Origin: an uncultured virus (IMG/VR IMGVR_UViG_3300030433_003054)
Lineage: Duplodnaviria; Heunggongvirae; Uroviricota; Caudoviricetes
Direction: 5' to 3' (one strand)
Virus record (IMG/VR): IMGVR_UViG_3300030433_003054
DNA length: 20,000 nt
Shown here: in pieces, positions 1-8,682 of the stretch
How positions within the stretch are numbered: position 1 is the first letter of the stretch
How the letters are laid out: each line of letters starts with the position of its first letter
The notes under the pieces: generated by a model
Database searches by the model: none
Told to the model about the DNA's origin: nothing
What the model saw: the letters and a program-made list of their open reading frames with translations, nothing else
Made by a program: the position numbers and the translations under genes

Positions 1-1899
1 CAGGGTAAATGCGCTCTTGTTCTGCACTAAAACATGTTCTTTACCATCATTAGCAAGCTGTAAATGAGCCTGAAACGATAGCCAATCAACAACATCATAT
101 TTATGGCCGATCCAGCTAGTTGAACGTTTATTTTTAGGTACAACAGTCACCAATTGAACGATAGAGTTATCAGCCAATTCTTCATGTTTATCCAAAATTT
201 GACCTAATTTTATTCTTTTATCTACTGTTGTCGGATATTTGGATCGTTCATTTTCTGTTATGAGCACCATAATTACATTTCGATCAAAAATATCTTGCTC
301 AATAGGGTATACAGACCAGTTTTTCAATCTTTTCTTAGCGGTAGCCTTCGTTTTCTTCTTTTTCGATTCAGATAGGAGCTTCACTATATCGTCGGATATG
401 TAAGGTTTAAGACTTTCTTGGAATCCAGCTAGGTATTGTTTCGCTTCTTCTAGGGGAACGTATATGTATTCTCTTTCCAATTTTGGGGTTGCTTTACCCT
501 TTGACATATTTAAGTTAATGAAACCAGTTTGTGATGTTGCGATTTTATACCCAGCCTTTTTAAGATCACCTTGAATAGTTGCTTTTAGTAGTTGGGAACT
601 ATCCAATATGCGTTTCAATTTAACCTTACTAGGTATTCTTCCTGAGATGTAAGTCAGCATTAGAAAGAATATCCCGATAGGAGATTCATAGACAAATGCT
701 ATTTTTGTTGGCATTTTTTCTAGGCTTTGTACAAACTCATCGAGATTAGATATCTTTTCCTTTTTAAGGGTCAGATCATATCCCGCCTTATCTTTACTAG
801 TCACAAAAGACGTTTTATAGACGGTCAGCTTTCCTTCCTTCGATGTAGTTTTTACCTTCGATCTAGTTTCTTTCTGTGGGGGTTTTTTATAATCCACACC
901 TGAGTTAAAAGGTATTGTACCCCCTCCCCGATCGAACAGATCATAAAGTATTACACTACCTATTGTTGTAAATACATTTCGGAATAAGAATAGATTCTTG
1001 GCCCATGATTTGTCTGATTTTTCTGCCTCTAAGCTCATATCCCAGCCAAATAATGATTTAAGGGGATTCTCCATTTGAATCTCTAAAATCACGTTCAAGT
1101 ACGTTTTGAGAGAGTCTTTAAAAGGGACTAGGTATCTATCTTTCACCTCTTTTTTGTACTTTTTATGCTCAGGGTCTATAACAACCCGATCTATGAGATT
1201 CAAATCCGACGGCAACACCTTCGACATGGCGAATTTATTATCTTTTTTCTTCATAACATCAGCTATTTTGAGCCTAAATAATTCAAGGAGAAAGTCTAAT
1301 TGCAAAGATACTGATTCCATTTCTCTTGTGTGTGTTATGCGCTGCTTTACCGCATAGTTTTCTTTAAGGTCACTCCAAAAAGTTTTCTCTCTGAACACCA
1401 TTTCGTACATCTGCACTCTGTACCACGTCTGAGTAGTTTTATTGTATAAGACAGGTGCGTACTGTCTAGCCTCATAAATATAGATTGGTTTTTTTGTGTA
1501 ATCTGTATATTTCCCATCTTTATATCGCATCTCCCATGAAAGAGGTCTTGAATCCTCTTTCATCGGAGAGTAATGAGTTTTTGCCATTGGTATAAGTCTA
1601 GGAAAATGTGTATTGTCAGGGTATTTTGCGTGAAGGAAGGCTCCCACCTGCTTCCCTATATCCTGAGAAAAAATAAGGATTTTACGGCCCTTCCTCAGAG
1701 CCAATGTGTACAATCCTAATCCCATAAGCTCATACCCACCATCTTCTAGTAAATCCACGATATCAAAATCCTCAAACAGAGGTAGGCCCTTCATATCCTG
1801 CACAAAGTCGTTGAATTCTAGTTCTATGGTATCGCTATCTATCTCATCGAATCTAGCTTTGAGAGCTATTACAATGGTCTTTTCTTTGTCGTTCAGCAT
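1..1899 (-). CDS. Large protein (>633 aa, runs off the left edge; absent from the ORF track) with an N-terminal protein-kinase-like region and an N-terminal IVIALKARF motif
   Basis: Manual translation: ATG at 1899 overlaps the TGA of the 1398-aa gene (TGATG), and the frame is open to base 1. It starts MLNDKEKTIVIALKARFDEI. It contains GYELMGLGLYTLAL (Gly-loop-like), HFPRL and FGWDMS...FRNVFTTIGSVILYDLF (catalytic-loop/Mg-binding-like). The ORF is well supported; the kinase call is tentative. Confidence 0.85.
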   Translation of the reverse strand, partial: MLNDKEKTIVIALKARFDEIDSDTIELEFNDFVQDMKGLPLFEDFDIVDLLEDGGYELMGLGLYTLALRKGRKILIFSQDIGKQVGAFLHAKYPDNTHFPRLIPMAKTHYSPMKEDSRPLSWEMRYKDGKYTDYTKKPIYIYEARQYAPVLYNKTTQTWYRVQMYEMVFREKTFWSDLKENYAVKQRITHTREMESVSLQLDFLLELFRLKIADVMKKKDNKFAMSKVLPSDLNLIDRVVIDPEHKKYKKEVKDRYLVPFKDSLKTYLNVILEIQMENPLKSLFGWDMSLEAEKSDKSWAKNLFLFRNVFTTIGSVILYDLFDRGGGTIPFNSGVDYKKPPQKETRSKVKTTSKEGKLTVYKTSFVTSKDKAGYDLTLKKEKISNLDEFVQSLEKMPTKIAFVYESPIGIFFLMLTYISGRIPSKVKLKRILDSSQLLKATIQGDLKKAGYKIATSQTGFINLNMSKGKATPKLEREYIYVPLEEAKQYLAGFQESLKPYISDDIVKLLSESKKKKTKATAKKRLKNWSVYPIEQDIFDRNVIMVLITENERSKYPTTVDKRIKLGQILDKHEELADNSIVQLVTVVPKNKRSTSWIGHKYDVVDWLSFQAHLQLANDGKEHVLVQNKSAFTL

Positions 1900-4800
1900 C
1901 ACTTTACTACCTTGTCTGCATAGTCTTTTGAGGTTTCCTGCCATTCCTCTTCATTTCTTATCTCTTTGAGTATGGAGAGGATATATTCATACATCGCTTT
2001 TGCTGTTTCTTCAATGGGGAGAGCTTGTATCAATTGTGGAAGATTTTCTTTAAACTCATTTTTTCCCATATCGGAGTGATCAGAGATTAATAATGCTCTC
2101 TTAGATTCTATGTGCCCATCTTCTCCAAATCCCATGAAAATACTTTTAGGAGGTTGATTTGATAGGCTTGTGACGTTGTAAATAGCGACCTGATTGTACT
2201 CATTAGTCCAGATAAAGAATTTAAAGATAAACGATCGTGCTACCAATTTACGTTCTATCTCATTGTTGCTAAAAGCCATCTTTTTAAACATAGGAATCGT
2301 TATCTTTACTTTTCCCAATTCAGACATTCTTAAAAACCCTGATCCCTTCGGCCTAATAAAACTGACCTTGTTCTGTTTTGCGTCCAGCCAAAAATTAGCT
2401 GAAACAAACTTTTTTATATCAGCACCGTAATTATCTTTGAGAGCATCGAAAATACGTTGCATGTGCGCTGTGGTGGGGTTTTTATCATATGTTTTGCCTT
2501 TACCCCTAGATTTGGGCTTTGATTTGGGCTTCTCTTTTGCACCTGAAAAGTCCTTCATATGGTTCAGAACCTTTAAAAAGTACGTTTTAGCATTTTGTCT
2601 ACGGGGAGAGATATCACCTCCCCCCATTAAAAGGATATCTTTGTATTGCCCATCATCGATCAACACTCTTTTATTTGAACCCCATGCTTGTACTGCTGAG
2701 GTGTGACCAGCGACTGAGAAGATGGATATTTGCATATCCATCATTCGGTAAATAGCAAAGTATTCAGTCAGTCCGTTTCGGATATGAGCATGCACATAGA
2801 GGTCAATGGGGAGCTTGGGGTGGGAGTGATGCAAAGTTACCTCTTCTTTTTCAAATCCTACATCATCTGTCCCTTCTAGCCACTTGTCTACATTGTCGTT
2901 CATAAATTCGAAAAAATCAGTATCCAGAGGCATTGCAATAAGCATTTTCAAGGAACCACTTGAATAGCCTATATTTACGGGGTCGGGATTTGCAATGTAA
3001 TATCTTTGATCTGTGCCTGATCTTGTCGTTTTACATACATTTGCGTTGAATAGACGTAAATATTCGGTCACGATCGGAGTGCGCTTCTTGTGGTCTTTTG
3101 TGCGGATATAGTGTAGCCTATTCTGCATCTTCATTACCATATCTTTGTTTTCTTTGCTTAGTCCATAGTATCCCTTATAGTGACACATGGGTGTGACTCC
3201 TAGTACCGAATCTTTATAGAATTGGGCCACCTGATCAGTATAAAAATATCTTCCACTACCTGACCCACACGCATCTTTTTTGTGTTCTCTTAATGAGTAT
3301 TTTTCAGAGTAAAACGGACGTACAAAAGGGAATTTTTTACCTATATCGTATTTCCCTGCCGCCTTTATTTTTTTGTCGGCAAACTCCTTTAATGGGGTTT
3401 TAAAAGAGTAATTTTTGTCGTGTATCCATATCTTATTATTTCTGTGTGCAAATTTAGCAAAGAATTCCGATGGAACATCACAGCTTCCTACATTGGTCTT
3501 CCAACCCATTGCCTCAAAGTCTTGACCTTCATATGTACCTTTTAATCCCCTGATATCAACATAATAGGGTTCTTCTACGTCGGTTTTAAATGGCGATTCG
3601 CTAGGCTTATCCTCTTTTTCGACTCTTCCTACCTCTACCGTCTTTTTAAAGGCATTGATAACCATATCGGGAATCCCGATCGCTTCCAATAAGTCATAAA
3701 ACCTATTGAGAATCGCTGTCTTGGTCTTGGCTCCACTTTTATGTAAAGCCTTCGCCTCATTGGAACGATGTAAAAAAGCTTTTGATAGAGTCTTTTTCAA
3801 ATTAAAAGAATCTCCCTCCCATAAGTAGTTTTTCCACTCATCATTTTTAAATATCTCATGGAGGGCAACAGCTACGTTGTAAAGATGGGTATTTCTAATT
3901 TTAGGGTCTTTAAAGTTTTCTTTGAGAGCATAAAGCTCTTTATATATGGTTCGATCCAGCTTGATATATCTATCCTTCTCAAACTGACGCATGCTTTGTT
4001 CTTGCAATTTAGGCATGATCTCAGTTCTGACCTCAGCATGTAGCTTTTCAAGAGCCTTTTTTACATAATCAAAGAGGTATTTTTCAGTAATAGGCTCCTC
4101 AGGAGGGTGCTCGTATTTTCTGATAAAGTAATTTTTTGTCTGTTCTAAAATCTCATTTTTACTCATAGGAGAGAGATTATCATCGAACATCTTTTTTATT
4201 TTTTCTAGGTCTGAGAGATCATCTTTAAAATTCGCTTCCAGTGATTCTATGGACTTGGATCGCATTAATTCTTTTTTCAAAGAGGATTTTTTCTCCATAA
4301 TTTTGCTCAAATACTCAATGATATATTCTCTGAACATTTGCTGCTGCTCTTCGTCTATTTCCCCCATCAGTCCCGCATCTTCTTCAATCTCTTGTACCAC
4401 CGATGCGAATCTATCAGGCAATGCGTTCAAAATCAGCAATTCGATGTTTCGTGGTACGACTACTTTCATCATATTATCGACGTACCACTGAGTATAAAAT
4501 GGTGATACAAATCCTGCTTTTGTCGTGTCAATAATAAGATTTTCGGACGCATTTCCTTCGTATATCCAATCTTCTATATCATTCTTAGAGCCTTTATATT
4601 TGAGTCTTGATCTCCCATGAGTAGGATCGCCCAGCGATATTCCATACTCATCATCTGAGATTTTGAAAATCACAAACATATGAGGGGCTATTTCTTTTCG
4701 AACATTGCTCAATTCACTCTCTTGTGGATTCGATACAAGCTCCTGAGCAAGTCGGGGAGGAAGAGTGTGATTTACAAATATTGTATATGCTACCTCTCCA

Positions 4801-6095
4801 TATTCAGAGGGATCATCTTTATCGAACATTGTTGATCCCCCAAAATCTAGTCCTGTCTGTCGCTGCCCATTTGTATAGTTCTCACCTGCTTTAATGTATT
4901 TGACGATATCCTTTACACCTTTTGAGGGGTCGCATGTTTGAGTCATGCGCTTAAAGTATAGGCCCAATGCTACACCCAATTTCCCCATTTCACAAACAGG
5001 GTCAGGGCCGAACATGGACGTTTGCTGTTCGCAATCTCTTTGATAGTCAGCCAGAGCATCAGAATAGCTTTTATAGCGATTTTTGAGCATGAATTGTCTA
5101 GCTGTTTCCAGCTTGGGGAGAAGATCAAACTCTTCGAAAATTTTCCCTTTCTTTATCTTTTGATCCAGTGCTGCCAGTGATGGAAGCACTGAGATAATTG
5201 CGATCTCTTCCTTATCGCTGCCGAATCCCTGACTAATGATCTTTGGAGGCATATATTTACCGACCAATACAGAGGTAATGATATCTAGTGCAATCGGACG
5301 TGTTGATAGGGTTATATTGTTCAATTGGGCTGCCTGTATCTCAGGCAATAGGTCTAGGATACTGTTTGTGAACGCAACATTGCCATTGATAAACCGTTCT
5401 ACCGTCGATACACTCAGAGCCATCGGATTAGCTATCTCTCCCAGCTTCGTATTCTTAGTTATACCTAAACCCCTTGCTCTTGATAGAGCTTGTCTGAGGG
5501 GTGTTTCCTTGCCTGCTGTACTCTCTTGTGATGCACCAGCTAATTGTATCGCCTCAGCAATAGATAAGGGTGTGCCGTCAGTGTGGAATACCTGCCTGAC
5601 CAATAAAGAGCGAAACCCCTGCTTTGATTGCTTATTATACACGTTGAACCATCGCTGTTCTGCTTCCTTTACATACTCCTTATACTTGGAGTCAGAGGCA
5701 ATAAGGAAGGCGATTGTACGACCGTTGCCAGCTAGTACAAAGTGTTTCCCTTTATTGTCCTCCCATACAACGGGCGCACCCAACGTCGGATCACCCGATG
5801 CTACTAGCATACGGGTGGGATCAAACTTATTGGCTATTTTACGAATCTTTGCCGATTCACCAACCGAAGATAAGTCCCTAGCCTGAAATTCTTCTAAATA
5901 TTCTTTGTTTGGTTTAAAGTCAGGAAGGTTTGAGGCAATAGCCCCCCTGCGTCCATCAAGGGACGTAGGGAGGGTTTTATAGACCACCATATACTCACGA
6001 CCTGCTGCATCAAATAAGGGCTGCTGTGCGGAGCACTGAGAGGGTAATACATTGAATCTATCTCTGAGTGCTTTAATAATTATTTCACTGCTCAT
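1899..6095 (-). CDS. Large polyvalent-type protein (1398 aa) with an N-terminal DdrB-like ParB-superfamily domain; remaining domains unrecognised
   Basis: Long ORF coupled to both neighbours. EFQARDLS...IRKIANKFDPTRML...GAPVV...VLAGNGRTIA matches the ddrB-ParB pattern (QxRDR, GAPIV, SGNGR) of phage/plasmid polyvalent proteins. Lys-rich linkers separate modules. Confidence 0.8.
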   Translation of the reverse strand: MSSEIIIKALRDRFNVLPSQCSAQQPLFDAAGREYMVVYKTLPTSLDGRRGAIASNLPDFKPNKEYLEEFQARDLSSVGESAKIRKIANKFDPTRMLVASGDPTLGAPVVWEDNKGKHFVLAGNGRTIAFLIASDSKYKEYVKEAEQRWFNVYNKQSKQGFRSLLVRQVFHTDGTPLSIAEAIQLAGASQESTAGKETPLRQALSRARGLGITKNTKLGEIANPMALSVSTVERFINGNVAFTNSILDLLPEIQAAQLNNITLSTRPIALDIITSVLVGKYMPPKIISQGFGSDKEEIAIISVLPSLAALDQKIKKGKIFEEFDLLPKLETARQFMLKNRYKSYSDALADYQRDCEQQTSMFGPDPVCEMGKLGVALGLYFKRMTQTCDPSKGVKDIVKYIKAGENYTNGQRQTGLDFGGSTMFDKDDPSEYGEVAYTIFVNHTLPPRLAQELVSNPQESELSNVRKEIAPHMFVIFKISDDEYGISLGDPTHGRSRLKYKGSKNDIEDWIYEGNASENLIIDTTKAGFVSPFYTQWYVDNMMKVVVPRNIELLILNALPDRFASVVQEIEEDAGLMGEIDEEQQQMFREYIIEYLSKIMEKKSSLKKELMRSKSIESLEANFKDDLSDLEKIKKMFDDNLSPMSKNEILEQTKNYFIRKYEHPPEEPITEKYLFDYVKKALEKLHAEVRTEIMPKLQEQSMRQFEKDRYIKLDRTIYKELYALKENFKDPKIRNTHLYNVAVALHEIFKNDEWKNYLWEGDSFNLKKTLSKAFLHRSNEAKALHKSGAKTKTAILNRFYDLLEAIGIPDMVINAFKKTVEVGRVEKEDKPSESPFKTDVEEPYYVDIRGLKGTYEGQDFEAMGWKTNVGSCDVPSEFFAKFAHRNNKIWIHDKNYSFKTPLKEFADKKIKAAGKYDIGKKFPFVRPFYSEKYSLREHKKDACGSGSGRYFYTDQVAQFYKDSVLGVTPMCHYKGYYGLSKENKDMVMKMQNRLHYIRTKDHKKRTPIVTEYLRLFNANVCKTTRSGTDQRYYIANPDPVNIGYSSGSLKMLIAMPLDTDFFEFMNDNVDKWLEGTDDVGFEKEEVTLHHSHPKLPIDLYVHAHIRNGLTEYFAIYRMMDMQISIFSVAGHTSAVQAWGSNKRVLIDDGQYKDILLMGGGDISPRRQNAKTYFLKVLNHMKDFSGAKEKPKSKPKSRGKGKTYDKNPTTAHMQRIFDALKDNYGADIKKFVSANFWLDAKQNKVSFIRPKGSGFLRMSELGKVKITIPMFKKMAFSNNEIERKLVARSFIFKFFIWTNEYNQVAIYNVTSLSNQPPKSIFMGFGEDGHIESKRALLISDHSDMGKNEFKENLPQLIQALPIEETAKAMYEYILSILKEIRNEEEWQETSKDYADKVVK

Positions 6096-6096
6096 C

Positions 6097-7416
6097 TTAA
6101 TCCTCTAATGCTCTGAATCGTGGTAACAGAGCTTGTATTATCATATTATCTTTCTGCACCGAACGCATGAGGATATCTACCCTCTTATCAGATTTGGATT
6201 TGCCTTCGGAGCATAGACTTTTGTCTAGCAATCCCTTTTTCCGAAAAAGCCGATATATCGCATCAACCATATCAACAAAGTTTTGTCGGGTATTTTCCTG
6301 AATATATCGTCGTTCTTTCTTTGTGAATTTGGTCTTTTTAACGGGCTTTTTAAAGGAAGCATTGGGATCACCAATATCTTTTCGCACCTGAGCTTGTGCC
6401 TGCTTGGTGCTTAGACCCTTCCATTTATATTTCCCTAATTTCTCTTTCAGGCCGTACCATTCCCCCATTGCATGACGATATTGGGCTGCCCATCTATCCT
6501 CTAATGCTTTCTCTAAGCGGTTTATTGCTCCTCCCCCTTTTTTGAAATTGGTGTCAGCCCACTCTCTATTCGTTTTAATTTTTTGCCGTAAAGAAAGAGG
6601 AATTATACTGTTCTCATCTATCGGATCAGCCCATATTGAGGACTTACAATCTCCACCACAAAGAAGAGAGAGAAAAGCTTTTGTCTTGTCCTTCGCTTTA
6701 ATTACAGAGCATAGTTGAGGTTTTATTATTGACCACAGTGTTTTGTAATACTCATTTTTATCTTTATTGAGCATTACCTCCTGAACGGATTTGCTAAATT
6801 CGTCCCATTCCCCTAAATGTGCTCTAAATTCCGTCCTATTAGGATCATTGACGTATACCAAATACCCATATTTTCTCTTAATTGCACTTGTACCAAACGA
6901 TGTATTAGGGTCTTTTGCATGAGTTAATTCGTGACGAATCACTCTTTTTAGAGAGTTCATGCTATTCCAGTACACTAATGGATCAGAGATATAAGTTCTT
7001 GCAAATGAATCTTTATGAGCATACCCATTAACATAAACATCAATAGCCATTATTGACTTTCTTCTGTCGCCCCATGTTCTAGGGCCAGCATCATATCTTT
7101 CACCGCTTCGATGATCTTTGTATATTTCAATTCCCTGTACTCCACTAACAGGATCAAATAATTTCCATTCCTCAGTATCAGAATAAGCACTTAATTTTTT
7201 ACCAATAATCCTGAATCTTTGTTCTCTTTTAGGAGTGCGCCCAGTATGAGGAGAAGAGGGTACAAAATCTTTGGAGAATAGTCTATCGTTCTCTATTCGT
7301 TCTCCTGATTCCTTCCATTCTCCAAATATCAGACCTTCGATGTGCGCTATGGCTTCATCGAATACTGCTTGATCTTCGGGTGATAGCTTTATGGGATTAG
7401 GATTGTCTGTGTACAT
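6097..7416 (-). CDS. Putative zincin-like metallopeptidase (HEXXH), paralog 2
   Basis: VIRHELTHAKDP (HELTH at 6919-6933) with downstream YVNDPNRTEFRAH supplying a candidate third ligand Glu. The start overlaps the upstream stop (TAATG). Clearly similar to the adjacent gene. Confidence 0.75.
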   Translation of the reverse strand: MYTDNPNPIKLSPEDQAVFDEAIAHIEGLIFGEWKESGERIENDRLFSKDFVPSSPHTGRTPKREQRFRIIGKKLSAYSDTEEWKLFDPVSGVQGIEIYKDHRSGERYDAGPRTWGDRRKSIMAIDVYVNGYAHKDSFARTYISDPLVYWNSMNSLKRVIRHELTHAKDPNTSFGTSAIKRKYGYLVYVNDPNRTEFRAHLGEWDEFSKSVQEVMLNKDKNEYYKTLWSIIKPQLCSVIKAKDKTKAFLSLLCGGDCKSSIWADPIDENSIIPLSLRQKIKTNREWADTNFKKGGGAINRLEKALEDRWAAQYRHAMGEWYGLKEKLGKYKWKGLSTKQAQAQVRKDIGDPNASFKKPVKKTKFTKKERRYIQENTRQNFVDMVDAIYRLFRKKGLLDKSLCSEGKSKSDKRVDILMRSVQKDNMIIQALLPRFRALED

Positions 7417-8609
7417 TAATCCTCCAAAGACTCAAATCGTTGTAACAGAGCTTGTATTATCATCTGATTTTTAGGCTTGTGAACCGAACGCATGAGAATA
7501 GCTGCCTTCTTATCAGATATCCGTTCATACTGCGCATCATCGGATATACAAATTGAGGGGTCTAGTAATCCCTTTTTAGAAAAGAGAGAATAGATTGCAT
7601 TGATCATATCGGTGTAATTATCTTTTCGATAGGCCCGTATCCGATTGCGCTCTTTCTTTGTGAATTTGGTCTTTGGCTTAGGTTTTCGCCCACCTTCTTT
7701 ACGAAATTTATCTAGTTGTGCAAAATAGACCTGTTCCCAATATTTTTTATGCTGTCCTTCATAAAAGTCGATGATGCTCTCTATCTCATCATCGTCAACC
7801 GTCGCAAAATTTTTATTGTGCACCAAATTTCTAGCCAATTGATCGGGTACAAATCCCTCTCCTGACTCCATGTATCTGATAAATCGCTTGTTAAAATTCT
7901 TTCTGCCCTTATGATTCAACACACGAGAGCACCAGCTATCCCTTATTTTCTCCCATACATCTTTGTAATACTCATTTAAATTACGATTTGCATAAACAAA
8001 CTGTATCTCTGACGTTAGATTATCCCATTCACTCAGATGAGAGCGGAATTCTGCTCTCTTAGGATCATTGATATAGGTTCCAAATCCGAATTCATTCGAA
8101 TATGCACTTGTTCCACCAGTCGCAATCGCTTGTGTACCAATCCTCTTTTTCGTGGGGTCTTTTGCATGCGTTAATTCGTGACGGAGAGTGTTTTTAAAAC
8201 CCAAATACGAATTCCAAAAAGAATATGGCTCAAAAGTCTTTGCCCACTCAAAATCTTTTTTTTTCGGCCAGCCATTTAAATATACGAATAAGTGTAGTCT
8301 TGTGACTCTATGTGTTTCGGTTTTTCTAAATGTTTTTAATTCACCATATGTAAAGCCAAAGAGATATTTGTTCTTATTATGCTCCCTTTTAGAACCCTTT
8401 ACAGTAATCGTTAAGGGAATTGGGCCTGTTCCTGCACGATCGATTATTACATCTTTCTCATAAATTAGTGTATTGGCTACTTGTCCTCTCTGAGTCGCCC
8501 ATTTACCGAACATCAAACCTTCTAGTGTATCTAATATTTCATCATATATTTCTTGCTCTTTATGAGAGAGCTTTATCGGATTCGGATTTTCTACATATTG
8601 GATATTCAT
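7416..8609 (-). CDS. Putative zincin-like metallopeptidase (HEXXH), paralog 1 (397 aa from the revised start)
   Basis: TLRHELTHAKDP (HELTH at 8166-8180) and YINDPKRAEFRSH. Start moved to ATG 8609 (MNIQYVENPNPIKLS) because it aligns with the paralog N-terminus MYTDNPNPIKLS, and the longer ORF would run through a terminator and the upstream gene. Confidence 0.75.
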   Translation of the reverse strand: MNIQYVENPNPIKLSHKEQEIYDEILDTLEGLMFGKWATQRGQVANTLIYEKDVIIDRAGTGPIPLTITVKGSKREHNKNKYLFGFTYGELKTFRKTETHRVTRLHLFVYLNGWPKKKDFEWAKTFEPYSFWNSYLGFKNTLRHELTHAKDPTKKRIGTQAIATGGTSAYSNEFGFGTYINDPKRAEFRSHLSEWDNLTSEIQFVYANRNLNEYYKDVWEKIRDSWCSRVLNHKGRKNFNKRFIRYMESGEGFVPDQLARNLVHNKNFATVDDDEIESIIDFYEGQHKKYWEQVYFAQLDKFRKEGGRKPKPKTKFTKKERNRIRAYRKDNYTDMINAIYSLFSKKGLLDPSICISDDAQYERISDKKAAILMRSVHKPKNQMIIQALLQRFESLED

Positions 8610-8620
8610 AATTTTGCCTA

Positions 8621-8655
8621 GAAATAAAAGAGGGGAGGGAGATAACCCCCTCCCC
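8621..8655 (-). terminator. Rho-independent terminator after the 883-aa gene
   Basis: Minus strand GGGGAGGGGG-TTAT-CTCCCTCCCC (10-bp stem with one G-U pair) followed by TCTTTTATTT. Confidence 0.8.
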
Positions 8656-8682
8656 AAACACAAAGGAGATCTGAGTATGTGT

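Noticed and set aside
2010..2045. LIQALPIEE near the C-terminus of the 1398-aa protein as a sixth ALxxRF tag
   Set aside because: It matches only the first half and lacks the invariant RF.
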